Shown here: one piece after another, positions 31,485-43,021 of the stretch
How positions within the stretch are numbered: the first letter of the stretch is position 1
How the letters are laid out: the number at the start of each line of letters is the position of its first letter
Source: Acidobacteriota bacterium
GTDB lineage: Bacteria; Acidobacteriota; UBA890; WLXD01
Direction: 5' to 3'
Assembly: GCA_963666055.2 (NCBI GenBank)
Contig: CAXWPH010000014.1
Coordinates: forward strand, 224,001 to 288,000
Length of the DNA: 64,000 nucleotides
The notes under the pieces: generated by a model
What the model saw: the letters and a program-made list of their open reading frames with translations, nothing else
Databases searched by the model: none
Told to the model about the DNA's origin: nothing
Position numbers and translations under genes: made by a program

Positions 31485-32418
31485 GGCTTCCCTCGGACAC
31501 CTGCCAACGGATCGGCTGGCGGCTCTTGTAGTGCTCCGGTTCGATCTGCACGGTTGTGTGGTCGATCTCGAAACGCTCCCGCACCACCAGTCGGACCGCG
31601 TCCAGGATCCCTTCGCACTCGACCAGCCGCTCGCGCTTGACTTCGACGTGGCAAGAGAGGGCGTTGACTCCCGATGTCAGACTCCAGATATGTAGATCGT
31701 GCACGCCCTCAACGCCGTCGAGCGCCGAGATCGCCCCCTCCACCTCGCTGTACTCGATGCCGGCTGGCATGGCTTCCAGCAGCACGTCGACCGACTCGCG
31801 CAACACCCGCCAGGCGCCGACCACGATGACGGCCGCGATAAGCACCGATAACGCCGGGTCGATCCAGTAGGCGCCGGTGCCAAGCATCACCATGCCACCG
31901 ACAACAACGGCAACAGACGACAACAGGTCGCCGAGCACGTGGAGGTAGGCGCTGCGGAGGTTGAGGCTGTGGGTGTGGCCTGACAGGAAGAACAGCCCGA
32001 GGCCGTTGGCTATCAAGCCGACGACCGCAACCCCCATCATCAGCGGAGCGTCGACAGCCGGCGGCTCGAGCAGCCGCTCGTACGCCTCCCAGCCGATAAT
32101 TCCGGAGATCGCCACCAGCACAACGCCGTTTACCAGAGCCGCGAGGATCTCGAGTCGGTGCCAACCGTAGGTCTTGCTTCGGGTCGGCGGACGCGACGCG
32201 AAGCTAACCGCCAGGTAGGCGAGCAGCAGCGCCAGCGCATCCGACAGCATATGGCCGGCGTCCGCCAGCAGCGCCAGGCTGTTGCTCAGCCAACCGCCGA
32301 CGAACTCCGCCACGAGGATGACGCTGGTGGTGACCAACGCCAGCATGAGGCCGCGTCGCTCACTCGTGCGGCGCCGGCCGGAGCCGTGCGGGCGAACTTG
32401 GTGATGAGAATGCGCCAT
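31474..32418 (-). CDS. Cation diffusion facilitator (CzcD/ZitB-like) transporter
   Basis: 'SLALLADAGHMLSD', 'AYLHVLGD', 'HDLHIW', 'HTTVQIE', His-rich N-terminus. Confidence 0.93.
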   Translation of the reverse strand: MAHSHHQVRPHGSGRRRTSERRGLMLALVTTSVILVAEFVGGWLSNSLALLADAGHMLSDALALLLAYLAVSFASRPPTRSKTYGWHRLEILAALVNGVVLVAISGIIGWEAYERLLEPPAVDAPLMMGVAVVGLIANGLGLFFLSGHTHSLNLRSAYLHVLGDLLSSVAVVVGGMVMLGTGAYWIDPALSVLIAAVIVVGAWRVLRESVDVLLEAMPAGIEYSEVEGAISALDGVEGVHDLHIWSLTSGVNALSCHVEVKRERLVECEGILDAVRLVVRERFEIDHTTVQIEPEHYKSRQPIRWQVSEGSHVT

Positions 32419-32428
32419 GTTAGGGATT

Positions 32429-33391
32429 CTACTCCGATCGTTCCGCTCCCCGGCGCGAGATGTGCGCCAGGACCTGGAGCAGGATATGCGCGGCCACGGC
32501 CGCGGTGCTGTCGCTCGGATCGAGCGCTGGTGCCACCTCGACCAGGTCCATGCCGACGACACGTGTCTTGCTCCACAGCGATGCGAGCAAGTCGAGAAGT
32601 GCCCGGCAGTCGGGCCCGCCAGCTATCGGGTAGCCGGTCCCCGGTGCCGCGGCCGGATCCAAGACATCGATATCCAGCGACAGGTACAGGGGGCGGTCGC
32701 CGACTGACTCGGCGATCTGTCGGGCCAACTCCTCGCTTCCGGCGGCGCTCCAGGCTGCCGCGGTAACGACGAGGCCGGCCTCGTCGATCGACTCGAGCTC
32801 GGTGTGAGCAAAGGACCGCAGGCCGACAAGGCAGGTGGAAACGGGCTCCACCCCGACCGTGTCCCAGACCCTGCGAACGACACAAGCGTGCGAGTTGCGA
32901 TCGCCGTCATAGGTATCGAAGCAATCCGCGTGGGCGTCGAGCATCAAGAAGGCGAGATCCGAGTATCGGTCGGCTACCGCCGCTACCAGCGGCGGAGTCA
33001 CCGAATGGTCCCCTCCCAGGCCGATGAGCAATCCGTTGGGCTCCTGGCGCAACGCCTGGCGCGCCGCGGCCTCGATCGTCGGCCACGCCGGCACATCGGG
33101 CATCACATCACCTAGATCACGAACCTGTAGACCGGTAATCCGACGCCCGGTCTCATCGATCGCTTCGGCACTCTCCCCCCAGCGTCGGATGGCAACGGGG
33201 CCCGCCGAAGCTCCAGACCGACCGGTGGCGGCGCCGTCGACCGGGCATCCGAGAATCAGCGCCGTCTGTTGCTCGCCATCTCTTCTCGTGAGCCCGAACC
33301 AGCTACCAATGTCGCGCATCCCGCGAGGCTCGCGCGCGCCATAGCGTTCGTCAAGGCCGCGCCGGCGCAGGAGGTGTTTTGACCGGGTCAC
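32429..33391 (-). CDS. Agmatinase / ureohydrolase family protein
   Basis: 'GGDHS', 'DAHAD', 'SLDIDVLDP..APGTG', 'DLVEVAP'. Start uncertain. Confidence 0.9.
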   Translation of the reverse strand: MTRSKHLLRRRGLDERYGAREPRGMRDIGSWFGLTRRDGEQQTALILGCPVDGAATGRSGASAGPVAIRRWGESAEAIDETGRRITGLQVRDLGDVMPDVPAWPTIEAAARQALRQEPNGLLIGLGGDHSVTPPLVAAVADRYSDLAFLMLDAHADCFDTYDGDRNSHACVVRRVWDTVGVEPVSTCLVGLRSFAHTELESIDEAGLVVTAAAWSAAGSEELARQIAESVGDRPLYLSLDIDVLDPAAAPGTGYPIAGGPDCRALLDLLASLWSKTRVVGMDLVEVAPALDPSDSTAAVAAHILLQVLAHISRRGAERSE

Positions 33392-33413
33392 CTCCTCCGT
33401 CTAGGCTGCTCGC

Positions 33414-35931
<2,518 letters not shown>

Positions 35932-35940
35932 CGGGTGAAC

Positions 35941-36345
35941 ATGGGCATTCGGATTCTGATCCCGAAGCCACGACGCAAACGCGGTACAACACCGACGCGG
36001 CGATTCGTGTGGGTGGCGGCCGGGCTCGGGATGTGGGGCGTCGCCTACTCCTTCTTCGGCGCTGGCGGCATGGTCGGCGTCTATCGTGCGCGCGCCGATG
36101 TGCAGGAACTGCAGCAGGAGATCGTCGCCGCCGAGCACGCCAACCAGACCCTTCGCGAGCGAATTCAAGCGCTTCGCAGCGAGCCGATGACGATCGAGCG
36201 CGAAGCCCGCGAACGCCTGGGTCTGGTGAAACCCGGCGAGAAGGTTTACCTTCTTTCCCCGCCGCCTCCAGAACACGAGGCCAACACGGGCGGGGACGAT
36301 CGCCTGGCTCCGCAGTCCTCAGCCAGCCCTGCCTTCCCGCAGTAG
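35941..36345 (+). CDS. ftsB: Septum formation initiator FtsB/DivIC
   Basis: TM segment, coiled coil and 'IEREARERLGLVKPGE'. Conserved position after eno. Confidence 0.88.
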   Translation: MGIRILIPKPRRKRGTTPTRRFVWVAAGLGMWGVAYSFFGAGGMVGVYRARADVQELQQEIVAAEHANQTLRERIQALRSEPMTIEREARERLGLVKPGEKVYLLSPPPPEHEANTGGDDRLAPQSSASPAFPQ

Positions 36346-36369
36346 GTCTGCCGCGCTTCGACTAGACAC

Positions 36370-37962
36370 ATGACCCGTATCGGAATCTACGGGTGGGGTG
36401 TGGTTGCGCCACGCTCTCCCGATGTGGCCGCGTTCGCCACCAACCTCGGGAAATCCGATACCTGGCTAGCTCCGTTCTCCGACCCCGACAGGTCGAACTT
36501 CCTCGCCGGCACACCCGAGTTCGACCTGACTGCCTACCGAGCCTGGATCGACGAACGTTTCGCACCCACCAAGTTCGCCCAGCTGCGCCAGAAGATGGGC
36601 TCGACGACGCAATACGCGATCGGAGCGTTCATCCAATCTCTCGGGCAGAACCCCGGCATCGAGGCAACGCTGCAATCGCTTGGCGCCCACGCCCAGGTAC
36701 TGATCACCACGGGGCTCGGCGACCTGCCGACCTACTATGACTGCTCGGTCAGCTTGTACCGGGCACGTCGTCGATGGGAGGAGTTCTGGGCCCAAGCGGA
36801 GCGCAACGCCGACCGAGCCGACTTCGACTCGGGCAACAGCGAGCACCGTGCCGATCTAAGCCGACGCTGGAACGTGCCGGTGAGCCCCGGCGGAATCGAC
36901 GAGGCGGCAGCGCGTGATGACGCCACCGAGGCCTGGAATCATTTCTGGGCGGACCGATCGGATGGGTTGACCACGTTCCTGGAGCGCCTCAATACGATCG
37001 AGGCGCAAGGCGTTGAAGGCGAGGTCGAGCAAGGCAAGCTACGACTACTGCGCCGCAAGCGTACGGAAACCGGGCGTCTGCAGAAAGAGGTGGGTTGCCC
37101 CACACCGCCCTGGCTGGCGGTGTCGGCGAACCTGCTGTGGAACCTCCACAATATCCCGGCCTCCCAGGTGTCGATGCTGGGCCGTATCACCGGCGCCGCC
37201 TACGCTCCGGTGGCGGCCTGCTCGGGCTTCGGCGTGGCCCTGCACCTGGCGATGCAAGCCATTCGCACCGGACAAGCAAAGGCGGTGGTGGTAGGTGCAG
37301 CCGACCCGCCGCCCCACATGCTGAGCGTCGGAACCTTCTACAGGGCCCGCGTGCTGGCTTCCGACCAGGCGCCCTCCGTGCCGCTCACGGATCTCCGCGG
37401 CACCCACGTGGCCGGCGGAGCGTGTGTGTGGATCGTCGGCGACCGCGACTTCATGGAAGGTCAGGGTTTCTCACCGGTAGGGTTGGAGCTCCTCGGCGTA
37501 GGAGTTACCTCGGACGCCGACCACATCATCACACCGTCAACGCAAGGGCCGCAGGACTCGATCCGACGCGCTCTCGAGGACGCCGGCGTCTCGGCCGATG
37601 AGATCTCCAACTGGGACCTGCACGCCACGGCCACACCCGGCGACTACCAGGAAGTCACCAACCTGAGCGCCATGGTTCGCGACGGCGTGGTGGTCACGGC
37701 AAGGAAAGGCACCTTTGGCCACGGCATGTCGTGCTGCGGCGGCTGGGAGCTGATGGCGCAGCATCTCGGTCTCGCCGAGGGCCGGATTCATCCGACGCCG
37801 CTGACCGCCGGACGGCTGAACCCGAGCGTGGCAAGCGCCCCGCTGCGCTACGTGCTCGACGAGAGCTACACGCCCGGACCCGGCGCAGCCGGCAAGCTCT
37901 CGATGGGTGTCGGGGGCATAAACGCCTGCATCATCTCGCGGCCCTGGGACACCCGGAATTAA
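36370..37962 (+). CDS. Stand-alone beta-ketoacyl synthase (FabF/FabB-like) with a large insertion
   Basis: Catalytic 'AACSG', 'HATATP', 'KGTFGHGM', 'SDADHII', 'SMGVGGINA'. 530 aa versus about 410 for FabF. Confidence 0.85.
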   Translation: MTRIGIYGWGVVAPRSPDVAAFATNLGKSDTWLAPFSDPDRSNFLAGTPEFDLTAYRAWIDERFAPTKFAQLRQKMGSTTQYAIGAFIQSLGQNPGIEATLQSLGAHAQVLITTGLGDLPTYYDCSVSLYRARRRWEEFWAQAERNADRADFDSGNSEHRADLSRRWNVPVSPGGIDEAAARDDATEAWNHFWADRSDGLTTFLERLNTIEAQGVEGEVEQGKLRLLRRKRTETGRLQKEVGCPTPPWLAVSANLLWNLHNIPASQVSMLGRITGAAYAPVAACSGFGVALHLAMQAIRTGQAKAVVVGAADPPPHMLSVGTFYRARVLASDQAPSVPLTDLRGTHVAGGACVWIVGDRDFMEGQGFSPVGLELLGVGVTSDADHIITPSTQGPQDSIRRALEDAGVSADEISNWDLHATATPGDYQEVTNLSAMVRDGVVVTARKGTFGHGMSCCGGWELMAQHLGLAEGRIHPTPLTAGRLNPSVASAPLRYVLDESYTPGPGAAGKLSMGVGGINACIISRPWDTRN

Positions 37963-38086
37963 CGGTATCTTGCGCGTCGAGATTCTCCTCGACGGAGAGG
38001 CTGTGGCGTTTGACTGGACGCGGGATCAGCACGGCCACGTGAGCGCCAACCCGAGAATGCATCTACGAAATCTTTCTGGAGGCGAA

Positions 38087-38416
38087 ATGGCATACGTCTA
38101 TCTGGCCATCGCAATCATGGCGGAAGTGTTCGGAACCACCTCGTTAAAGGCATCCGAGGAATTCACGCGACTCGCGCCCAGCCTGGCCGTGGCGGCCGGC
38201 TACAGCGTCTCCTTCTACTTCCTCTCGCTGGTCCTGCGGAGCATCCCGCTGGGGATCACGTACGCGGTGTGGTCGGGGCTGGGCGTTGTACTGGTGGCAA
38301 TCGCGGGGGCGGTCGCCTATGAGGAGATTCCGGATGCCCCCGCCGTGCTCGGCATGACGATGATCGTCGGCGGCGTGATCGTCATGAACGTGTTCTCGAA
38401 GACCGTGATCCACTGA
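38087..38416 (+). CDS. Small multidrug resistance (SMR, EmrE/Qac-like) transporter
   Basis: GGAGG-ATG at 38087. 'AIMAEVFGTTSLK', 'GITYAVWSGLG', four TM segments. Confidence 0.92.
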   Translation: MAYVYLAIAIMAEVFGTTSLKASEEFTRLAPSLAVAAGYSVSFYFLSLVLRSIPLGITYAVWSGLGVVLVAIAGAVAYEEIPDAPAVLGMTMIVGGVIVMNVFSKTVIH

Positions 38417-38429
38417 ACGCGGCGGCAGA

Positions 38430-39470
38430 TCAGCGGCCTGTCAAGGGTTTCGATACGCGCTCCGCGAACATCTCGATGAAGCGCGGCCAATCGAGATCGA
38501 ACTGAACCTCGATGCGCTGAGCTCCCTCTGCTCCCGGCCAGATGCGATCGCCTCCGACCGAGGTTCCGTAGCTGATTCCGCGATTGATATCGACGTCGAC
38601 AAACAGCTCACGGGTGGTTACCAGCGAGGGATCGATCAAGCTTGCCACCGCCACCTGGTCGTACATCAGCCACACCGTCGACGGATGCTCCTCGTAGACA
38701 GGCCCCATCTCGCGGCGGAGCAGCTCGGTAATCGGCGTGTCGGTGGCTACGATGCGCTCGTAGGCAGCTCGATCAAGCGAGGTCTTGCGCGACACGTTCA
38801 GCGGCGACAGGGTGATAGGGATTCCGGCGCGCAACACCGCGCGGGCCGCTTCTGGATCGACCCAGAAGTTGAACTCGGCGTTCGGCGTCACGTTGCCGTG
38901 CCCGTCGGGAAGGGTGGCGACGGCGCCTCCCATGATGACCAGCTTCTTCACGCGCCGGGCGAAGGCGGCGTCCTGTCGTATAGCGATCGCCACGTTGGTC
39001 AGCGGGCCGATGGCCAGGATGGTGATTTCCCCTGGCTGCTGGCGCACCGTCTCGAGCATGAACTCAACCGCACCGGTAGATTCCAGGGTCTTCGCGGCGA
39101 AGCCTCCGGGCGGCTCGCGGGGCACAGCGTTCGACCACCACTCCCCGTGATTCTGGATCGCGTAGTCCGACTTCTCATGCACCAGCGGCATGTCGGCGCC
39201 TGAGTAGACGCGGATCTCGGTACGTTCGGCGATTTCCAGCAGTCGCAGCACGTCGGCGTTTGCCTGCTCGAGCGATAGATTCCCTGCCACCGTGGTGATG
39301 CCGACGATCTCCAGCTCCGGAGACTGCAACGCCAGCAGCAACGCCATGCCGTCGTCCTGCGGTGGCATGGCGAAATCGGTGTCGAAGATTACTCGGTGCG
39401 ATTGAGCCGAGGCTACGTCGGCTATCAGCAGCGCCATCGTGGCAACAACGCTGAGAACAACCGGGCGCAC
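38430..39470 (-). CDS. Nucleoside hydrolase (IUNH family) with signal peptide
   Basis: 'FDTDFAMPPQDD', 'AGN', 'GPLTN', 'MGG', 'AEFNFWVDPEAA'. N-terminal signal ending 'ASA|Q'. Confidence 0.9.
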   Translation of the reverse strand: MRPVVLSVVATMALLIADVASAQSHRVIFDTDFAMPPQDDGMALLLALQSPELEIVGITTVAGNLSLEQANADVLRLLEIAERTEIRVYSGADMPLVHEKSDYAIQNHGEWWSNAVPREPPGGFAAKTLESTGAVEFMLETVRQQPGEITILAIGPLTNVAIAIRQDAAFARRVKKLVIMGGAVATLPDGHGNVTPNAEFNFWVDPEAARAVLRAGIPITLSPLNVSRKTSLDRAAYERIVATDTPITELLRREMGPVYEEHPSTVWLMYDQVAVASLIDPSLVTTRELFVDVDINRGISYGTSVGGDRIWPGAEGAQRIEVQFDLDWPRFIEMFAERVSKPLTGR

Positions 39471-39474
39471 GTCG

Positions 39475-41169
39475 CTACATCCTTGAGCCGGTCAAGGTCA
39501 CGTCGGCTAGTGACCAGACCTGGTTGAACCTGTCGAGCTCGTCGGCGGCGTCCTTGCCCTGCGCTTGAAGGCTCTGGACGAGCCCGAACATCGACCAGCC
39601 ATTGCGCGGGAACACGGCCAGATCGTCGCGATAGATCTGCTCGGCTGCGGCGGCGTCTCCCGCCGCCAGCAGCGCCCGGCCCAACGACTGCCTGGTCGGG
39701 TAGTACCAGAACGGTGGCTCCGTGTACGGCAGCTCGTCCTGGGTGCCGACGGCGTGCTCGAAATGCGTGATCGCCGCGTCGAGGTCACCCTCGGCCATGG
39801 CGATGTCACCGAGAACGAGGGCATCGGCGATCGACAGCAATATGCTGGCCGGATAGTCGACCGAGTCGATCTGGTGAATCTTGTCGGTCTGCAGCAGCTG
39901 TACGAGGGCTTGCCGCTCGCCCCTCGCGGCTTCCAGGTCGCCCTGTGCCGCATAGGCGGTGGCGCGCGCGTAACGCCAGATTGCGTTCGAGAAATCGAGG
40001 TGCTCGGCTGGCTGGGGCTCATTCAACACCTCGCCCCATCGTCCGAATCGCGTCAGCGCGAGCATCGGGATGGTATGGAAGAACTCCACGCTCGGAAACT
40101 CTTCGATCATCTCCAGCCGGATGTTGGCGGCCACCCGCCGGCCCGCGTCGATGGCTACCTGGCTACGTCCTTCCATGGTCGAGGCTGCCCATAGGAAGTG
40201 AATGTTGTGCGGGTAGTACGCGGCGGGGTAGAAACCCTGAGCATTGCACGCGGCAATATAGGCCTCGTCGACGGCCGCGGCGCGTACGTTCACCTCGGAA
40301 GCATCATGGTAGCGGCCCACGCGCCAGTAAATGTGCGCCGGCATGTGCACCAGGTGCCCCGCTCCCGGCACCAGCTCGGCCAATACGTCGGCGCCCGGCT
40401 CGGCGCGCTCAGGAGCGGATGAAGCCTCGACCGCGTGGATATACAGATGAATTGCCAGTGGGTGATCCGGGCTGCGTGCCAGTACGGTTTCCAGCGCGCC
40501 GATCACCTCCACCGTCTCGGGCTTCGGGCTGTCCGGGTCGAGCCAGTAATCCCAAGGCATGTTGTTCATCAGCGACTCCGCGAACAGCGCCGCCAGATCA
40601 TCGTCGTCGGGGTACTTCTGATGCAGCTGACGCATGGCACCGGCGTATGCCAGATCGAGCGGCCCGCGCTCGGTCGTCGGGTCGCCGTTGTAGCGAACCG
40701 CGAGCGCATCGATGAGATCCTGCTCCTTGGGCGCCGCGCCACCCTTCCGAGCGACCGCCTTCTGGATCGCCGCGTAGGCGGCGAGGCGATCTTCGTCGGC
40801 CATCACGACCTTTCCATTGAAGGTCACGTTGATGTTCGGACCCAGTGCCAGCGCCTCGCCCCAGTAGCACATGGCGCAGTCATCATCGAGGCGCTGCGCG
40901 GCTTGAAACGAACGCACCGACTCCGCGTGGTTGAACGCAAAGTCGATCACCAGGCCCTGGTCGAAGTAGAGCTGGGCGGCGGGGTCGCTGGTGGTGATCG
41001 GGCGACTGTGGTCGCCCATGCCATCGAACAGCGGTGCCCCGGCGCGAGCCGCGAGTGCATTGCGCTCAGCGACAGCCAGCTCCGGATCCGGCGCCCGGCC
41101 TCCCGAGCACGCGGGCGACAAGAGCGAGCCAAGCATGGCGACAGACAACAGAACTCGAGACGACCTCAT
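39475..41169 (-). CDS. TPR-like lipoprotein
   Basis: Lipobox-like 'SPAC', 'AQLYFDQGL', 'HLYIHAVE', 'GHLVHMPAHIY', 'YYPHNIHFL', helical repeats. Confidence 0.75.
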   Translation of the reverse strand: MRSSRVLLSVAMLGSLLSPACSGGRAPDPELAVAERNALAARAGAPLFDGMGDHSRPITTSDPAAQLYFDQGLVIDFAFNHAESVRSFQAAQRLDDDCAMCYWGEALALGPNINVTFNGKVVMADEDRLAAYAAIQKAVARKGGAAPKEQDLIDALAVRYNGDPTTERGPLDLAYAGAMRQLHQKYPDDDDLAALFAESLMNNMPWDYWLDPDSPKPETVEVIGALETVLARSPDHPLAIHLYIHAVEASSAPERAEPGADVLAELVPGAGHLVHMPAHIYWRVGRYHDASEVNVRAAAVDEAYIAACNAQGFYPAAYYPHNIHFLWAASTMEGRSQVAIDAGRRVAANIRLEMIEEFPSVEFFHTIPMLALTRFGRWGEVLNEPQPAEHLDFSNAIWRYARATAYAAQGDLEAARGERQALVQLLQTDKIHQIDSVDYPASILLSIADALVLGDIAMAEGDLDAAITHFEHAVGTQDELPYTEPPFWYYPTRQSLGRALLAAGDAAAAEQIYRDDLAVFPRNGWSMFGLVQSLQAQGKDAADELDRFNQVWSLADVTLTGSRM

Positions 41170-41210
41170 GACCCACTCCCCTCGGCTGGCGTTGCGAGGA
41201 CCCGTACGCA

Positions 41211-41246
41211 GGTTCAGCTGCCCTGCCGGGTTCAGCTACCCTGCCG
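41211..41246. repeat. 18-bp tandem repeat x2 upstream of the TPR lipoprotein gene
   Basis: GGTTCAGCTGCCCTGCCG followed directly by GGTTCAGCTACCCTGCCG (one mismatch). Confidence 0.8.
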
Positions 41247-41295
41247 GCAGACTAGTCCGCGCCGCACATCGAATCCAACCGCCGGCTCGACCTCT

Positions 41296-42981
41296 TCATG
41301 CCTGCCGCAGCTGGCGCGTCTCGGCCTCGTTGACCAGCATCGTTTCCGCATCGATCACTACCCGGTAGTCATCGCGAGCTCGCATTAGCGACACGTAGCC
41401 GTCGCGCACGTCCTCGAGCACCAGGGCGGGGTCGCGCTCTTCGGGTGGGCCGTAGCCGCCACCACCGGGCAACTCCAGCGTCACCTCCGTGCCGGGCGCC
41501 AGCTGCGCGCGGATCTTCGGATACACCGATACGTCGTTGTTCGCGTACACGGCACCCGGAGCACCTGGTCGCCCTCCGGCCAGACCCGGAGCCGGGAACT
41601 GCACACGCTCGTAGAGCCCCGAGAACATGTAGGGACGATCGGTGCGCACGGCGATCCGTATCACCTGTCCGAGGCCGCCACGAAACCGCCCTGGCCCGCC
41701 GGAGTCTCGTATCAGCGCCCGACGCGTGAGCATCACCGGCGAGACCGCCTCGATGACCTCCACCGGCACACCGGCGATGCCGCTCGGGAAGGCGGTGGCC
41801 GACAGACCGTCGCGATGGGCCATGGCGCCGGTACCACCGGAGGAGAACCAGACGTAGCTGAACGGCTCATCGGTGCGCGTATCGTGCCCGAAGATCTGCG
41901 TGTCCCAAAGGCTGTCGAAGCCCGGGGCCGAGACTTGGTCAGGCAGCACCTCCGCCAGTGCAATAAAGATGGCGCCGGGCAAGTAGTGTCCGATCAGGTG
42001 TCGGCCACCGATGGCCGCTGGGAACTGGGCGTTGAGGATGCACCCGGCTGGTGCGGTGACCGCCACCGGCCGGAAGCTGCCCTCGTTGTTGGGCACGTCC
42101 GGTGCGATCGCGCACTTCACGCCATAGGTGGTGTAGGCATGGCTGTAGTTAAACGCCACGTTGATACCCCAGCTCACCTCGGGCGAAGTTCCGGCGTAGT
42201 CGACTCGCAGAGAATCCCCTTCGACGACGACCTTGGTGCAGATACGGATCGGTTCCTCGAACCCGTCGCACATGACCTCCGAGCGATACTCCCCGTCGGG
42301 GATCGTCGCGATGCGCTCGCGCATGGCCGCCTCCGAGCGCTCGACGACCAGATCCGACAGCGCCTCAATGTCAGGAAGGTCGAATTCCGCCAGGCTCTTG
42401 AGGAGCTGATCGCCCCCTACCTCATTCGCCACTACCTGAGCGTGAATGTCGCCGAGCACCTCGTCGGGGGTACGTACGTTGGCACGAAGAAGGGCGAGCA
42501 GCGTATCGTTCGGCAACCCTGCGTCGTACAACTTCATGATCGGGATGAAGATCCCTTCCTCGTACACCTGGCGGGAGTCGGCAGACAGGCCACGGCCTCC
42601 GATGTCGAGCGCGTGACAGGTATTGCCAAAAAAGGCGACGACGCGCGATCGGTGGAAGACCGGAGTAATAACCGTGATGTCGTTGAGCTGCGAGGCCGTC
42701 TTCCAGGGATCGTTGGTGACCAGCACGTCGCCCGGCTGCAACGAATCGATAGGGAAGGCGCCGAGGAAGTGCCCCATGCTCGTGGCCATGGAGTTGATGT
42801 GCCCTGGGGTCCCGGTAACCGCCTGGGCAATCATGCGGCCACGGCGATCGAAGATTCCCGCCGACAGGTCACCGGCCTCGCGCAGCACCGAGGTAAACGA
42901 GGTGCGCATCAGGGCCGCGGCCTGCTCGTTGACCACGCCGACGAGGCGATTCCACAGCACGTCGAGAAGGATGGCATCCAT
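41296..42981 (-). CDS. Hydantoinase B / oxoprolinase family protein
   Basis: 'RTSF...RE.GDLSAG', 'TNDPW', 'EEG..IP', 'DSGGPGRFRGGLG', 'PGGGGYG'. Confidence 0.92.
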   Translation of the reverse strand: MDAILLDVLWNRLVGVVNEQAAALMRTSFTSVLREAGDLSAGIFDRRGRMIAQAVTGTPGHINSMATSMGHFLGAFPIDSLQPGDVLVTNDPWKTASQLNDITVITPVFHRSRVVAFFGNTCHALDIGGRGLSADSRQVYEEGIFIPIMKLYDAGLPNDTLLALLRANVRTPDEVLGDIHAQVVANEVGGDQLLKSLAEFDLPDIEALSDLVVERSEAAMRERIATIPDGEYRSEVMCDGFEEPIRICTKVVVEGDSLRVDYAGTSPEVSWGINVAFNYSHAYTTYGVKCAIAPDVPNNEGSFRPVAVTAPAGCILNAQFPAAIGGRHLIGHYLPGAIFIALAEVLPDQVSAPGFDSLWDTQIFGHDTRTDEPFSYVWFSSGGTGAMAHRDGLSATAFPSGIAGVPVEVIEAVSPVMLTRRALIRDSGGPGRFRGGLGQVIRIAVRTDRPYMFSGLYERVQFPAPGLAGGRPGAPGAVYANNDVSVYPKIRAQLAPGTEVTLELPGGGGYGPPEERDPALVLEDVRDGYVSLMRARDDYRVVIDAETMLVNEAETRQLRQA

Positions 42982-43021
42982 CAGCCTGCCCCGACCGCCG
43001 CTGTCTGCGGCTGCGTTGCTC

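Noticed and set aside
37963-38086. Possible guanidine riboswitch, or an N-terminal extension of the SMR gene
   Set aside because: No paired G-ACGR-C hairpins or other guanidine aptamer consensus is visible. The protein looks Qac/EmrE-like rather than Gdx-like, and a GGAGG-ATG at 38087 gives a normal-length SMR.
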